Below, piece after piece: positions 32,246 through 33,693 of a stretch of DNA of 33,693 bases; position 1 is the first letter of the stretch, and the number at the start of each line of letters is the position of its first letter. Made by a program: the position numbers and the translations under genes. The notes under the pieces were generated by a model. It saw only the letters and a list, made by a program, of their open reading frames with translations, made no database searches and was not told where the DNA came from. Source of the stretch: Octopus bimaculoides (taxonomy: Eukaryota); the NCBI RefSeq assembly GCF_001194135.2, contig NC_068982.1, forward strand, positions 107,854,625 to 107,888,317. The letters run 5' to 3'.

Positions 32246-32649
32246 ATCATATTGTTTTATTCTTGGTTTCTTATTATTATTTACTAAAACATAAATGAAA
32301 CATGGTATTATTATTATCAAAATAGTAAGAATTTTGAAAAAATACCATGCAAAGTATGCACAAAAGAATTTATTAAAAAATTTAAAAATTGAAACGTAAA
32401 CTAAAAAGTAACCTGAAATAATCTTCCTTTAAATTGTAGATCACACGGCAAAGCAGCACCGTTTGGAGATTATTAATGTTTAAGAAACATCAGGTAAAAT
32501 TAATGGTTGAAGATCACAATTTCAACACTGTTGGACCAGTAAGGCAGTCAGAAACACGTATATTATTTCAGATTGTTTATATAGCAAGATTTGTCAATCA
32601 ATGACCGAGGAAACTTAGCGGTACCTAGTGTAGAGAGGAGTCCTGTCAT

Positions 32650-33425
32650 TTTTCTCGTTTACTAATAGTAAAGTCTAACAATGACCAAATGTATAATTGC
32701 AACCTGTGTCCCATAACTGAATAAACAACATTGAATACATTGTCTTTAGTGTATAAAAACAACGTATTCTTTGGAGACGTCTTCCTTGATCCGCCAGGCG
32801 GCGCAGGAAAGACATTTCTACTCAACCTCCTTCTTGCCAAAGTTCGCCAACGTGGGCAGATAGCCATTGCAATGGCGTGTTCAGGAATAGCAGCCACGCT
32901 GTTAGACGGCGGTAGAACAGTCCATTGAACATTTAAGCTTCCTCTTAATATCAGTCATGTCGAAAATCCTTCAACCAACATAAGGAAGAATTCTGATGAG
33001 GCTGTTGTCTTTCAAAAATGTAAATTGATAGTCTGTGATGAGGCAACAATGCAACACTACAAGACCTACGCTCCAGCTCTCAACCGTTTGGTGGCGTTGT
33101 TTTGCTTCTTGCTGGGGACTTTCGTCAAACTCTTCCCATCGTCCCAAAAGGCCACCCAGGTAATGAAATAGAAGCTTGCATCAAACATTCTCATCTTTGG
33201 CGTTTCGTCCAGACGAAAAAGTTAACCATTGACATGCATTCGATTCTTCACTAACAAGCGGGTGATGATGACTATGCTACAAAGTTATTGGATGTTGGTA
33301 ATGGGAACTTACCAATGGATGCAAATGGTTTGGCTGACATAAGCACCATCGGTAGCTACGTCTCCGGCCACGAGGATCTTCGCAGAACAGTTTACCCCAA
33401 CCTTTCAACAAACTACATCAGTCAC
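32650..33425 (+). pseudogene. Helitron RepHel PIF1-type helicase remnant
   Basis: FLDPPGGAGKTFLLNLLLAKVR..ACSGIAATLLDGGRTVH*TFKLPL..CKLIVCDEATM..LQDLR..PFGGVVLLLAGDFRQTLPIVP..ACIKHSHLW; a stop and a ~10-codon deletion are present. Confidence 0.88.
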
Positions 33426-33693
33426 TGTTATGTTTCCCTCGGGTGACTCGTAGAGATAACATAACGAGTTATACAATTTAATTATTACATTTATTGTTCA
33501 ATTACATACAAAGAACGCACTCACCCAATGTTCGTTATGAATAAACAAAAGTCATGTCCGCCATATATATATCAATGACATTTTACTACGACAGTCCCAC
33601 AAGACAACAACAATGAAACAATGAACTCAGACGAACCACATGACACACGGAACGTCAGACGAATTACATATCTAACAGTCCATATAACAGTCA

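Larger units (their letters stand above)
29976..32460 (+). mobile_element. Non-autonomous Merlin (IS1016/ISXO2-like) DNA transposon carrying a nested LTR element
   Basis: Perfect 8-bp TSD GTTTGGAG (29968-29975, 32461-32468). 75-bp TIRs (29976-30050, 32386-32460; 64/75) starting GGTGC, which fits the Merlin GGNRM end. N-terminal remnant from ATG 30066: MLAKDFYNVMSDETKAVPFLRRNNLL..CGGEMK..FRCKTGGCQ. Confidence 0.8.

Overview
Repeat-dense, AT-rich animal genomic DNA from a gapped scaffold. The SINE and RTE families resemble those of Octopus; that species call is an inference. No intact protein-coding gene, RNA gene or CRISPR array is present, and nearly every ORF in the supplied track is a transposon remnant, microsatellite or N-gap artefact. 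Decayed DNA transposons with recoverable ends: a piggyBac-type MITE (2521-2740), a maT/DD37D mariner-like element (4967-6266), a DD37E Tc1-like derivative with ~310-340 bp inverted arms (9186-10867), a full-length hAT (22026-24983) and a non-autonomous Merlin (29976-32460) carrying a nested Gypsy-derived LTR element. There is also a Helitron helicase remnant (32650-33425). Non-LTR remnants cover RTE (several), Rex3-like, CR1-group and R2/HERO-like elements, plus at least three tRNA-derived SINE families. A few small candidate host exons sit in unique DNA, including a 12-nt microexon with neural-type splicing signals. I found no new enzymatic system. The best leads are the microexon/cassette exons and several unusual transposon architectures: a right-end/right-end Tc1 derivative, a serially re-used 14-bp target holding an inverted SINE pair, and the Merlin>LTR nest.
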